Source of the DNA: Eutreptiella sp. 'Long Island Sound 2002'
Lineage: Eukaryota > Protista > Euglenida
Direction of reading: 5' to 3'
NCBI GenBank assembly: GCA_964036045.1
Contig: OZ038378.1
Location: 79,422,001 to 79,486,000, forward strand
DNA length: 64,000 nucleotides
A program made the position numbers and the translations under genes. How positions within the stretch are numbered: the first letter of the stretch is position 1; each line of letters begins with the position of its first letter. The notes beneath the pieces are model-generated. The model ran no database searches, had not been told where the DNA came from, and saw only the letters and a program-made list of their open reading frames with translations. This document shows, piece by piece, positions 1 to 13,400 of the stretch.

Positions 1-3000
1 TATGACAAGGGCATTGTTCACGCGCAGCCTGAAAAAACACAAGCAGTGGTACTACTTCAGTTCCGGTCCATGTATGACGGACAACCCAACATCTGGCAAC
101 ACACGCAGGACAATACTCAGCATCCCCAGAAAACCATCTCTAGCCCCAAATCACAGGAAACACCTGATCTTCAGGGACAATCGCGAAATGGGACCACCAG
201 ATTCCATGGTTCCAGAATTTGTGGAAACAACACCTTCGGTTGTTCTGACAAGGGCGTTGTTCTCGCAATGCAAGAGGGGGGAGGGGGGGTGAAACCCTGT
301 CTAAGCAGCAGACCTGGCCACAGGCTGAACCCCTTGTTTGCCCACTTTTGGCCCTTGCACCCAAAAATCAGAAGAAATGTGGCCAAGAAAGGCCCTCAAA
401 CCTTGAAACATGGACGCATGACTCACCAAAGTCACACCCACCAACTACTCATGGACGGATGCCATAAAGGCGAAGCAAGTATGCCACTTCCAGGTGCATG
501 CACTGGTTTGATTGTTTGGAAATAAATTGTCCCAAGCCACTGGGGAAAAGGACTTTCAACGGGTGAGAGTGGGACAGTTGTCCCTCTGCTCACAGGCCTA
601 GCCCATGGCCCCTGTCTGCTACCATGAAGTGGTGGCTCCGCAATTCGCTGGTGTTGCCGTCACATGAACAAAACCTATCCACTTTCACATCGTTTCTGCG
701 GGCCCAATTTTGTTTTTTCATTTGGTGTTGGTTGCAAGGAAGAGTAATATTATCTTTTGGATGCTTATTAGGCTGAGATTTATGTTTTAGATCATGGTGC
801 TCAGTGAGCAATTTTGCGATTGGCATGATTTCAGACATTTAGGTGTTTTCTTCATTTTGATGGGTTTGTCCAAAGGTTCACAGGCCAACCATGCTCCATT
901 CCAAGCCACCAAGTACCGTGCACCGTGAAACTACAATGCGGATCACTCCAGCAAGTATGTTCTCTCCAGCTTTGCCCGCGACTTGCAATGTAAATATCGA
1001 TTGCCGACGAACGTGTTTCTTTCCTTGGACCGGCCGTGTTGACATGAGAATTGAATTCCTTACTTGTAGTAAGGGTTGTGCGATTTTTTGTGGCCCCGGG
1101 TTGGGCTTTCGGCTCAAGGCCTGAAGCGTCGGGAGACGGTTGCGAGGCAAACTTGTGTGGCTCATAATTGGACAACTGAGGGCAGGTGGACCACCCGTTT
1201 TTTCCGTGGCTTACCATGACTGAGGTTAGCTTGTGGTTGGTGGGTCAATGCCATCTTGTGAGTTGGGCATCTACAAGTATGGAGCTCTAGTTGGGCACGA
1301 AGCAAGCAGGTCGCTCAGCAATGCGCAAACCAAGGCGGCAAACGAAAACCACCCAATGCAAGCCAAGGTACAATGCACCAACACCAACACCACACCCCAG
1401 ACAGCCCATTGCACAGTGAATGCGGTCAAAAGCGGCCCAACCGCGGCCACCAGAGCAACACACTAGAACCCCCAAACGGGCAAAGAGGCGGATGGTACAG
1501 CCGGTAAAGCCACCACCCACACAGGAAAAGCCAGCCACACATCAAAGTGTGACACAAAAAGGATGGAAAGGAGTACAGGGGACAGCAGGCACCATGAGCA
1601 TGGAAATGTCCAGTATCACGTATGTTGCATACTTGGATTTTCTGGAGTCAATGACACCCCACTTGATGAGGACACGCGCTTGAATGAGATTGTTGACGGT
1701 AGTTTTTTCAAGAGGGAAATGCAGAATATCATTTGTTGTTCATTATCACGAACACCGTTTCTACAAAGCGCGCATCGGGCATGTACTGGGTGCACGCTGG
1801 CGTGTATTGGCTCGTGCGTTGACCTGAGCAACCCCTGTCATTTCCTTGTGCTGAGAAATGCAGCCCTGCCAACAAGAGCGAGCGGCAATGGGTGTCTCTT
1901 CGCACCTGGGAGGGGACCTTTCAATGTTTGGCCATTGGTCCACTCGCATTCTCCAGATGTCTGGGAAGGCACTTGATCGTCCAGGCACCGTGCAAGTCTG
2001 TCATCCTTCACATTCCTGAGTGAGGGGGGCTGCCTCACTGTACTACATTCTGCCAGAAGGTCCTGGATAATCTTTGTTGATGCAATCTATTGTTCTTTTC
2101 TCTCCACCATGTCCTTCTCTCTCTCTCCCTCTGCCCCCACCCCACCCCACCCCACCTCTCTTCATGAGGCTTCCACCCCCTCCCCAACATTTCACCCCCG
2201 CCACATGTCCCCCTCAACAAGAAGGTCAGGCAAACACACACAACAAACAGCCGGTATCGGACGCTCCTAGTCATGTGCGTGTGACAGCGGGGCATGAGGC
2301 GGAGGGCAAGGCTTGAGTCATGGCGCTAGTCGTGGGGGCACAGGGCAGAGTGGACTACTTTGTAGCGCTTATAGCGCTGCCGTCGTAAGTGACCGCAAGA
2401 CTCTTGTGTGTTCGCTGGGCACATTTGCCTTCTCTGATGCGTGCGGCGGCATTGATTCGGCAAAATGAGTTTCAGCTAACGGTTGACTGTCAGATACCCA
2501 GCTGCTATGCGGGGCCGGGGGGACTCCTGCAGTTGAGCTGTTGCTCAATTTTGGATTACCATCTTCTTCAGCATCTTCATCATTGAAGCAGGAATAGTGG
2601 GGGTCATCACGGGTGGAGGAAAACACGAAGCGGAGGAAAACACGAGGAAAACATAATTGTGAACCGACTTTCGATCTTTTACTTCAGATGGTGCACATCA
2701 CCTGGCGCGATTTTGCATGTTCACAAGCAAAATTTTCAAATCCTCTGATCAGCTTGAAGCTTGCGCTGATTGTGCAATCAATGTAGTGTCTTCCAAACAT
2801 GGACAAAATGGCAGATTCGAATTTGTTTTGTAAGGCTGGGTGATGGCTTGTAGGTGGGAGGGTCCTCCACACGTCTGGGTTGCCCTGGTGGATGGTGTAC
2901 AATTAGGATAAATTACAGCACAAATTCTCCAAGATATTGATGCGTTGGGGGTCAGCTCCTGCATGTCTGAACTCTGCACATGCAGAATTTACTCTTTGAT

Positions 3001-4781
3001 TCGCTCAACTCAGGATCCGTCGGAGCGCTAGGGCCATCCCCTTGCGAGAACAATGGTAAAAGCACTGAAGTTGCCGGAAACAACGCATCCTGTTGTTATG
3101 ACAAGGGCATTGTTCACGCGCAGCCTGAAAAAACACAAGCAGTGGTACTACTTCAGTTCCGGTCCATGTATGACGGACAACCCAACATCTGGCAACACAC
3201 GCAGGACAATACTCAGCATCCCCAGAAAACCATCTCTAGCCCCAAATCACAGGAAACACCTGATCTTCAGGGACAATCGCGAAATGGGACCACCAGATTC
3301 CATGGTTCCAGAATTTGTGGAAACAACACCTTCGGTTGTTCTGACAAGGGCGTTGTTCTCGCAATGCAAGAGGGGGGAGGGGGGGTGAAACCCTGTCTAA
3401 GCAGCAGACCTGGCCACAGGCTGAACCCCTTGTTTGCCCACTTTTGGCCCTTGCACCCAAAAATCAGAAGAAATGTGGCCAAGAAAGGCCCTCAAACCTT
3501 GAAACATGGACGCATGACTCACCAAAGTCACACCCACCAACTACTCATGGACGGATGCCATAAAGGCGAAGCAAGTATGCCACTTCCAGGTGCATGCACT
3601 GGTTTGATTGTTTGGAAATAAATTGTCCCAAGCCACTGGGGAAAAGGACTTTCAACGGGTGAGAGTGGGACAGTTGTCCCTCTGCTCACAGGCCTAGCCC
3701 ATGGCCCCTGTCTGCTACCATGAAGTGGTGGCTCCGCAATTCGCTGGTGTTGCCGTCACATGAACAAAACCTATCCACTTTCACATCGTTTCTGCGGGCC
3801 CAATTTTGTTTTTTCATTTGGTGTTGGTTGCAAGGAAGAGTAATATTATCTTTTGGATGCTTATTAGGCTGAGATTTATGTTTTAGATCATGGTGCTCAG
3901 TGAGCAATTTTGCGATTGGCATGATTTCAGACATTTAGGTGTTTTCTTCATTTTGATGGGTTTGTCCAAAGGTTCACAGGCCAACCATGCTCCATTCCAA
4001 GCCACCAAGTACCGTGCACCGTGAAACTACAATGCGGATCACTCCAGCAAGTATGTTCTCTCCAGCTTTGCCCGCGACTTGCAATGTAAATATCGATTGC
4101 CGACGAACGTGTTTCTTTCCTTGGACCGGCCGTGTTGACATGAGAATTGAATTCCTTACTTGTAGTAAGGGTTGTGCGATTTTTTGTGGCCCCGGGTTGG
4201 GCTTTCGGCTCAAGGCCTGAAGCGTCGGGAGACGGTTGCGAGGCAAACTTGTGTGGCTCATAATTGGACAACTGAGGGCAGGTGGACCACCCGTTTTTTC
4301 CGTGGCTTACCATGACTGAGGTTAGCTTGTGGTTGGTGGGTCAATGCCATCTTGTGAGTTGGGCATCTACAAGTATGGAGCTCTAGTTGGGCACGAAGCA
4401 AGCAGGTCGCTCAGCAATGCGCAAACCAAGGCGGCAAACGAAAACCACCCAATGCAAGCCAAGGTACAATGCACCAACACCAACACCACACCCCAGACAG
4501 CCCATTGCACAGTGAATGCGGTCAAAAGCGGCCCAACCGCGGCCACCAGAGCAACACACTAGAACCCCCAAACGGGCAAAGAGGCGGATGGTACAGCCGG
4601 TAAAGCCACCACCCACACAGGAAAAGCCAGCCACACATCAAAGTGTGACACAAAAAGGATGGAAAGGAGTACAGGGGACAGCAGGCACCATGAGCATGGA
4701 AATGTCCAGTATCACGTATGTTGCATACTTGGATTTTCTGGAGTCAATGACACCCCACTTGATGAGGACACGCGCTTGAAT
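1..4781. repeat. Tandem duplication with 3096-bp period (1-1685 repeated at 3097-4781; window starts inside the first copy)
   Basis: TATGACAAGGGCATTG at 1 and at 3097; identity continues to ...GCGCTTGAAT at 1685/4781; the ORF track gives identical peptides offset by 3096. Confidence 0.95.
140..1217 (-). mobile_element. Possible highly decayed non-LTR retrotransposon (APE/RT) remnant inside the duplicated unit (second copy 3236-4313)
   Basis: Minus-strand peptides EFNSH..SAIDIYIAS..WSDPH (APE-like GDFN/IDxxF/SDH), YLLRLYGI and GLLLRQGFTPP (RT-like). Motifs are weak and lie in different frames. Confidence 0.3.
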
Positions 4782-4849
4782 TTGTAAATACAGTCGCACT
4801 GCTTTCACCACGTGTAAGTTGCACACATGCAGGCGTATCACAGTAAGGG

Positions 4850-5218
4850 GCAGCTCAAAAATCGAAGTTTTTGAAACTTTTTTTTTGATATTGTGATCAC
4901 TTAAAATGACCATCTAAGGTATGTAAAGCATGTTTTAGGCCGTATTTACATGACTTTCACCCCATTTGGGTATTGGGCGGGGGGGGGGGGGGGCTCCCAA
5001 GGGATTGGTACACAACTTGCGTATGCCTTTCCAACCTATGCAGCTCAAAAATTAAAGTTTTCGAACTTTATTTTTTTGATATTGTGATCACCTAAAATGA
5101 CCATCCAAGCTATGTAAAGCATATTTTAGCCTGTATTTATATAGTTTGCACCCTATTTAGGGTGTGTGTTGCCTGGGAAAGATTCTCTGCGAGGTGGACT
5201 TGCCGAAGGCAATAGAAT
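4850..5218 (+). mobile_element. 3' part of the asymmetric-TIR/hairpin element family (about 1.5 internal ~190-bp units plus the right end)
   Basis: CTCTGCGAGGTG at 5185-5196 is the reverse complement of left end CACCTCGCAGAG; hairpin TGCC-GAA-GGCA 5201-5211; ATAGAAT 5212-5218; internal units match 53845-54995. Confidence 0.8.
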
Positions 5219-6489
5219 TTTCACAATTCGACTTTTCGGAAACCCTTTTGTTGCCCCTAGGATGGGTTGGGGTGATCATTTGGTGACAATCTGGGTACTT
5301 GAGCGCCCATGGGGATCCACGTGATCCCCAACGCTTGGTGCAGAGACAAAATCCAAAATGGCACAATGGCACAATAAAGCAGGTACCCCAATACACCATC
5401 CCTCCCGCCATAACCCTCTCACCCCTCCGCACCCGAGTTGGCTTCAGTGTAGGCGAAGCAGCACAGATGCAACAGCACATCAACGACCACAGATGCAATA
5501 GCACATCTGATGCCGACAAGCCGAGATTTGCTTTGGTGCATGCAAAACTGCTTTGAAACCATGCACACGCGCAATATGCATTGTTATTCCAACTTCACAG
5601 CTTGTAAATCCCCCTAGCTGAACAAGAAACCAATACAAAATGACACATGCCCACTACAGCCCCCTGTGAAAACCATGGGCTACGGGAAAAATGTGATAAA
5701 AACCCCTACACGGGACAAAACAAAAACCTTCAGTCACCTAGTCCCGAAAACCCCCCTCCCAAATTTGGACGAAAAATGCAACACACCGCGATAAACAATC
5801 CCCACAGGGACGTTTTGGTCCATATGGGAGAGGGGGAAGTGTACCTTACCAAATGCACACCAAACAGTATTTTAGTGCAATCACATACCCAAACGTTGCT
5901 AGAGTTTCTACGAAATTTCACCAAACTATGGCACTTGCGGCATTGTCACCACACACCCACATATTGCTGTAGACTGCCATAAGCAGATAAATGCACCTCC
6001 CCCCTTTGCGCGGGCACCACCAAAGGCACAGAAAACCGTGGTTTCACCAGGTAGTGGCGCTTGCACAGGGGGGGGGGGGGGGTTGAATAGGCAAAATGGG
6101 ACATGGTTCGAAAAACAATGGCCTTCAGGTAGTGGTGCTTGCACAAGGGTGGTGCTTGCGCAAAGGGGAGGGCGTGGTAACTCATCGACACCAACTCGTA
6201 TGTTTCTCTGCCCATTGTGCTCCTATATGGTTCCCACCACAGGAAAGAGTCACCTCGTTGGTACACCACTTAGACTCAGCCATGCACGAAGGGCAAATGC
6301 ATGAAAAAATAGAAAAACTAGAAAGAATAGAAAAAGCTCATGGAATCCGGATCCCAAAACACCAGAGATCCACATCCGGTGTAGCGTTCCCTACCCTAAA
6401 GCCGGGGCACATCACTCCATACGTGGCCTCTCCACTCCCGCTACCTCATGTGGGACAGCCGCTCCCTGGGCAGCCCACTGGTCCACTTC

Positions 6490-9140
6490 ATGCATTGGCT
6501 CGCATCTGTGTGCCATGCACGCGCTCTGTGAAGCTCATCCGCGTGCCATGTGGGCACCCTGTGACTCGCATCTGTGTGCCACGCAGCCGCTCTGTGACTC
6601 GTATCTTTGTGCCATGCAGGCGCTTTGTGACTCGCATCTGTGCACCATGCACGCGCTCTGTGACTCACATCTGTGCACAATGCAGGCACTCTGTGACTTG
6701 TATTTGTGCGCCATGTAGGCGCTTTGGCACTTGCATCTGTGCGCCATGCAGGCGCTCTGTGACTCGCATATGTGTGCCATGTAGGCACTCTGTGACGCGC
6801 ATGAGTGTGCCATGCAGGCGCTCTATGACTCGAAACTGTGCGCCATGCAGGAGCTCTGTGAGTAGCATCTGTGCGCCAAGCAGGCACTCCGTGGAGCGCA
6901 TCCGTATGCCATGCAGGTGCTCTGTGAGCTGCATCTGTGCGCCATGCACGCGCTCTCTGACTTCCATCTGCGCGCCATGCACGGGCTCTGTGAAGCTCAT
7001 CCGTGTGCCATGTAGGCGCGCTGTGACTCGCATCTGTGCGCCATGCAGGCGCCCTGTGACTTGCATCTGTGAGCCATGCAGGCGCTCTTTGACTTGCATC
7101 CGCGTGCCATGCAGGCGTTCTGTGAAGCTGATCCGTGCGCCATGTGGGCGCTCTGTGAGGCGCCCTGTGACTCTCTTCCGTGGGCCATGCAGGCGCTCTG
7201 TGGCTCACATCTGTGCGCTATGCAGGCGCTCTGAGACTTGCATCTGTGTGGCATGCAAGCACTCTGTGACCCACTACTGTGCGCCATGTAGGCGCCCCGT
7301 GACTTGCATCTGTGTGCCTTGCATGCGCGCCATGCAGACGCGCTGTGAAGCGCAGGCGCTCTGTGACTCCCATCCGTTCGCCATGCAGGTGTTTTGTGAC
7401 TCACATATGTGCACCATGCACGCGCTCTAGGCGCTCTGTGAAGCGCATTTGTACGCCATGCAGGCGCTCTGTGACTCGTATCATCTGTGCGCAATGCAGG
7501 CGCTCTGTGCCATGCATCTATGCTCCATGCAGGCGCTCTGTGACTCGTATCTGTGCGCCATCCGGGCGCTCTGTGACGTGCATCTGTGCACTATGCAGGC
7601 GCTCTGTGACTCGCTTCTGTGCGCCATGCAGGCGCTCTGTGACTCACATCTGTGCGCAATGCAGGGGCTCTGTGAGTAGCATCCATGCTCCATGCAGGCG
7701 CTCTATGACTCTTATCTGTGTGCCATGCAGGCGATAGGTGACTCACATCTGCGTGCCATGAAAAGCGCTCTGTGACTCGCATCTATGTGCCATGCAGGCG
7801 CTCTGTGACTCGAAACTGTGCGCCATGCAGGAGCTCTGTGAGTAGCATCTGTGCCCCATGCAGGCGCTCCGTGGAGCGCATCCGTATGCCATGCAGGTGC
7901 TCTGTGAGTTGCATATGTGCGCCATGCACGCGCTCTATGACTTCCATCTGCGCGCCATGCACGGGCTCTGTGAAGCTCAATGGTGTGCCATGTAGGCGCC
8001 CTGTGACTCGCATCTGTGCGCCATGTAGGCGCTCTGTGACTCTTATCTGTGCGCAATGCAGGCGCTTTGTGAGTAGAATTTGTGCGCCATGCAGGCGCTC
8101 TGTGACTCCCATCTTTGCGCCATGCAGGCACTTTGTGACGTGCATCTGTGCACCATGCAGGCGCTCTGTGACTCGCTTCTGTGCGCCATGCAGGCGCTCT
8201 GTGACTTACATCTGTGCGCAATGCAGGGGCTCTGTGAGTAGCATCCATGCTCCATGCAGGCGCTATGTGACTCTTATCTGTGTGCCATGCAGGCGCTACG
8301 TGACTCACATCTGCGTGCCATGCAAAGCGCTCTGTGACTCGCATCTGTGTGCCATGCAGGCGGTCTGTGAGTAGCATTTGTGCCCCATGCAAGCGCTCTC
8401 TAGAGCGCATCCGTACGCCATGCAAGTGCTCTGTGAGTTGCATATGTGCGCCATGTAGGCGCTCTATGACTTGCATCTGCGTGCCATGCACGCGCTCTGT
8501 GAAGCTCAATGGTGTGCCATGTAGGCGCCCTGTGAAGCTCAATGGTGTGCCATGTAGGCGCTCTGTGACTCGCATCTGTGCACCTTGCAGGCGCTCTATG
8601 AGTAGAATTCGTGCGCCATGCAGGCGCTCTGTGACTCTTATCTGTGCGCCATGCAGGCGCTCTGTGACTCTTATCTGTGCGCCATGCAAGCGCTCTGTGA
8701 CTCGCATCTGTGCGCGATGCAGACAGGCGCTCTGTGAGTAGCGCATGTACGCCATGCAAGCGCTCTATGAGTAGCATTTGTGTGCCATGCAGGCGCTCTG
8801 TGAGTAGCATATGTGCCCCATGCAGGCGCTCTGTGACTCGCATCTGTGCGCCATGCAGACAGGCGCTCTGTGATTCGCATCTGTGCGCCATGTGCGCCAT
8901 GCAGGCGCTTTGTGACTGGCATCTATCTGCCATGCAGGTGCTCTGTGACCTGCAGCTATTCGCCATGCGGGCGCCCTGTGACTGGGACCCGTGCACCATG
9001 CAGGCGCTCTGTGACTCACCTCCGCGCGCCATGTAGGCGCTGTGTGACTTGCCTCTGTGCACCCTGCGGGCGCCCTGTGACTTGTATTTGTGCACCCTAC
9101 AGGCGCTCTGTGACTCGCATCTGTGCCCCATGCGGGTGGT
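6490..9140 (+). repeat. 33-bp minisatellite, consensus GCGCTCTGTGACTCGCATCTGTGCGCCATGCAG, with higher-order blocks
   Basis: Directly visible tandem units; translation gives 11-aa repeats (RSVTRICAPCR). Confidence 0.95.
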
Positions 9141-9149
9141 CTAGTCACC

Positions 9150-9790
9150 GAGCGCCGGCATGACCCACAGATGCGAGTCACAGAGTGCCTGCATAGCGCA
9201 CAGATGCGAGTCACAGAGCGCCTGCATGGCGCAAAGATATGAGTCACAGAGCGCCTGCAGGGCGCACAGGTGTGAGTGACACAGCGCCTATATGGCGCAC
9301 AAATGCGGGTCACGGGGCGCCTGCATGGCGCACAGATGCGAGTCACAGAGCGCCTGCATGGCGCACAGATGCAGGTCGCCCCGCGCCTGCGGGGCGCACA
9401 GGTGCGAGTCACGGTGCGCCTGCATAACACACCAGGGCGAGTCACGGCGCGCCTGTATGACGCACAGATGCGAGCCAAGGAGCACCTATGTTTGCAACTG
9501 CGTTGTTGTCACGGCATTTGGAGGTATCCACCCCTTCTTTCCTTGTTTATAGTCGTCCGAGAGGTGCACCTCGACCCTTGGGAGCCTTCCGGCTTGCCAT
9601 GCAGCAACCCTCCCTCGCTGGGGCCCTCTTGATCTGTGGAGGGGAGCGCCCTTGCCACACGGGGTTCATCCATCAGAGCCGGTCCTCTCGGCCATCCTGC
9701 GTGGTGCACAGATGCGAGTTGCAGAGCGCCTGCGTGGCGCATAGATTCGAGTCACAGAGCGCCTGCATGGCACACAAATGCGAGTCACAG
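9150..9790 (-). repeat. Inverted copies of the same 33-bp minisatellite (9150-9480 and 9700-9790)
   Basis: Units read CACAGATGCGAGTCACAGAGCGCCTGCATGGCG, the reverse complement of the upstream array. Confidence 0.9.
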
Positions 9791-10472
9791 TACCAGTAGA
9801 CTCATCGCGGATGGCATGGGCACTAAGGAATATGAACACTCTACTGTGTTCACCTTGCTTGGCACAGATTTTTGTGAGGACGTCATGGATGACTTCGGTC
9901 CGGACCTCATCCCCATCAAAAACTAAGGCTGAGCATATTTGTTGTTCTGCAAATGCATAAATCATTTTCTTATCATGCTTCACAAATCCACCATCTGCGC
10001 ATGAATCCTAATGGTAGAGGAAAGCAATAACAAGTCCCATTTTACCATCATACACAGCATCCATCAGCGCACGAACAGTCAAAACCTTTGGTGCTTTTCG
10101 AGGAGACAAGGCAGCACGAGCGAACTGCTGAAATGCGGGTGCATTTTTGGATGCTAGCAAAGCCAACACGTCAGCCGCAAGAACAATTCGTGCATTCTGG
10201 TTGGCACCACAAGGCAGGGATTGGGGTGCTGTGGATACTGCCACCCTCACATCCCGGCCAGTTTGGGGATCTTGACCAACAGGGGGCTGTAGCAAGTTGA
10301 TGGTCAATAGATCGAGATTCCGGGTCCATCGGCCCGGTAGCTGCGTCGCAGATCGGTCATTCAACCACTTCTCTGCATCACTCTGCCGCACATACTCCTT
10401 GCGGCCACTCGACGTCTGCACAAAAAACCACGGCAGGTCGTCGAATTCAGCAAACTTTTCATCACTTGACAT
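9790..10472 (-). pseudogene. Bro-N-like N-terminus fused to the N-terminal half of a caspase/metacaspase-like (C14) domain; in-frame TAG at 10008-10010; truncated by the minisatellite
   Basis: ORFs 10008-10472 and 9666-9983 are in the same frame. PWFFVQ..DAEKWL and IVLAADVLALLASKNAPAFQQF resemble Bro-N. GLVIAFLY..HDKKMIYAF..FDGDEVRTEVIHDVLTKICAKQGEHSRVFIFLSAHA resembles the C14 ALLIGINY..ND..T..NI..L..GD.LFFHYSGHG pattern. Confidence 0.5.
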
Positions 10473-13400
10473 TGATGCCTACCAATGAGTGGGCAATGAT
10501 GGTGAGACAGTACCTCTGACAGAGAATATCTAACGCAGATTGTGCTGCCAAAATCAAATTGGCGGGCGAGTGTAGAATGTTATAAACAAGAGAGCCACAC
10601 TCTCTCCTCGAAATGGGTACATTCCTATCCGTGGTAGGGAGTAACCCTCGTTCCATTTCGGCCCCATGACTTTCACTGTTAAATGAAGGGATGGATTTGC
10701 TTCGATTGTCCAAATAGTGAGCGCACTCAATTCATAACCATGTCGGGGCTTCGAAGGACACACATCACCCCTTAACATCATGGATTTTCATTCATGTGAA
10801 ACCGAATGTTTCGCGTTGGGTCTACGCAAGCCCCCCCTTCCCCCACCAAAACCCTATTTGTATGTAGTGCCATAATCCATGCAAGTAGAGCATCTTCATA
10901 TGGGCCATTATGACGTGAGCCCTTGTCAAGGCTTCATAGTTAAGTCCCAATGAATTGAATCATCGGTGGCGAACTCAGGATGAGGGTTTCTCAGTCTCAA
11001 GTAGACGTTTGCCAATAGCCACTAGTTGCCCGAGTTTGCCTTGGTAGGTTCCATACCTTGTTGCCGAAGGGCATGGTCAAAGTTGTTATGGTGGTGTGGT
11101 GTTTCCATTCAAACGCGAGATTCGTGTGCGAGAGTTTCATGTTGATTCCTCAAAGAGTTACTTGAGGTTTCCTTTAACACAAATGGACACAACGCACCAA
11201 ACAAAGCACATTGCTTTCGAGAATGGCTTGTCATTGGACCCAGCAGCAGGGGCTTTCAGAATATCAGGGCCTCCGGGGGGCAGGGCAGCCTGAAACATGC
11301 ATCACGTACAATTACCATATTGCGATGGTAATTTTGAAGCATCTACGGTGGGATGTAAAGATGTTCATCAAGCCACTGTCTTGGCCCTACTTTAGGTGGG
11401 TGGGTCATATCGACCAAAACATTAATAATCCGGGCGGCATCAACTTTCACAGCCCATCCCCGCCCAACACAGGCCAGCAAGCTGCACAATGATGCGCAAC
11501 CCCCTGCCCCGTCTTGTATCCGCCATGTGTAACGACCAGCAATGTGTTGCCCTATGCCCAGGGATGGGTAGAAAAGCGGCGGTCACCCTAGCTCGAGGTG
11601 GGGAATTGCTTGATCATCCACGACAACCGCAACTTCACCTTCACCGGCATTCCATTGCCATTGCACTGCCCATCATACAAAAATGATTACCAATGCTCAT
11701 GCACTGATGCAGCCAACTCCACGAGGACGACATTAACGGACGTCTCGCAACACCCGCGTGACTTTGTCACAAGAGTCCCTCTGTCAGGTGCCTTGCTGAA
11801 GGCAAAAGAATTTGGGTGAAGGGGGGGTGGGGGGTCCAGAGGGAGGGACGGGGTTCCGGTGCCTTCAGCACCCCAAAATCTTCCCAGCCTGGGGCTAATG
11901 GTGTTGTTGTGGCACAAAAATGCGGTGGAAAATGCGAAAAAATGCACAAAATGCGAATGGCATTTATCCCACGGCCAAAAACAGCATGAGAGCTAGCGAC
12001 ATTGGTACCGGAGGTTGTGAGCATGTACACTCCGGTAGGGCGCCCTTTCGGGGCAGGCGGGCCACAATCATCGAAAGAGGGGGTTTTGGGCAAGAAGCCA
12101 TGGTCTTGTGTTCTCGTCTGCAGCTGGCGGCGCCCACTGGCAGATCGCCATTCGCTGCCCTTCCCTTCCCTTTCCTTCAGTGAAGGTCCACCAAGCCGCT
12201 GTTTTGGTCCGCCGTTTCTGTTTCTCCATGGTGGCGGGTTGGGTCGACCAAAACATTAAGGATCCATACGGCAATACCCTTCACCTCCACGAGGTCACGT
12301 TCATGCTCATGGCGGAGTGCTTCCATCGCGTGTGTGGGTGAGCTGTGTAAACTCAGCACGACTGTCACCACTTCCCCCCATGTGTCACACGTTCACGGCT
12401 CAACAGGAGCGCCAACGGTGGTGCCCGGTCCAAGCTGCGCGACCATCCTCAACACCATCGGCACATGCTCAACTGTCCACCGCATGCCATACCCCCGGCG
12501 ATGCAGTGCTGCGGAGTCGTGGCGGGTACTCGCACTCTCGCTGTACTAGATCTTCTTCACTAGGAGCTCCACGTGAGTCGCGGTATCGTTAGCATGCTCT
12601 CGGCACGCTCGGCGCGTTCCACGCCCCAACATCGAAAGAGGGGGGCTGAGGGGCTCACCCCTTGTGGAGATACCTCAGCCAGCCGACAACAGGAGGTGTG
12701 CGCCGCAGCAATCCGCTACCTGTGTACAATGGACTATCTGTCATGCTTCTACAACTCCGGGCCCCATGACATCAGATCACGCAGTCCTAATGCCCGTAAA
12801 CCTCCCGTATTTTCTTGGCCCAACGACTGACAACCGTCACAACCCTCTGGAATCAGTGCGGCACCCCCCCACAGTGCATCACGTACAAATGCGGCGGGAT
12901 CGCAGGACGCACTGCAGTGCAAGCCGTGTCTTGAACACGGACGGGGGGATACACTGCCACACCCCCAACACAGACGAAAGGGAGGCCTACTCTTGCAGCG
13001 CCCTGCTGCTCCCTTAGGCACTGCTACGGAAAAAACACGTCATGATTGATGCTGCCGCATTCCAGAGCGGAGGGCTCTGACAAGCGTTCCACGCTGCATC
13101 CATTTCTCTTGTCGTTAAATCCGATGCATGTGAGGCAAGAGTGCACACGCCTCACAGTCGAGGGGTAGAGGGTAGCGCCAGCCATGTACATGTGCGGGGT
13201 ACGGCAAACCCCTCAGAGCCCCGCAAAGGGCGCCCGGAGCAATGGGGCGAATGCTGAGCCCCCCAACGCCTGCCGCACAAAGGTCTGTGCTTCAGATATT
13301 CCAGACACTTCGACCTCCCCCAATTGTTAAGGACAGGGCCGGTAGAGTGGGGGTGGGTCCCTTGGATTAGCCCGCCACCGCCACCAAATGCTAGATCTCT

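Noticed and set aside
6096-9552. Long Cys/His-rich ORFs (up to 444 aa) as genes
   Set aside because: They arise in several frames on both strands because the unit is 33 bp (3n); there is no unique domain or splice support.
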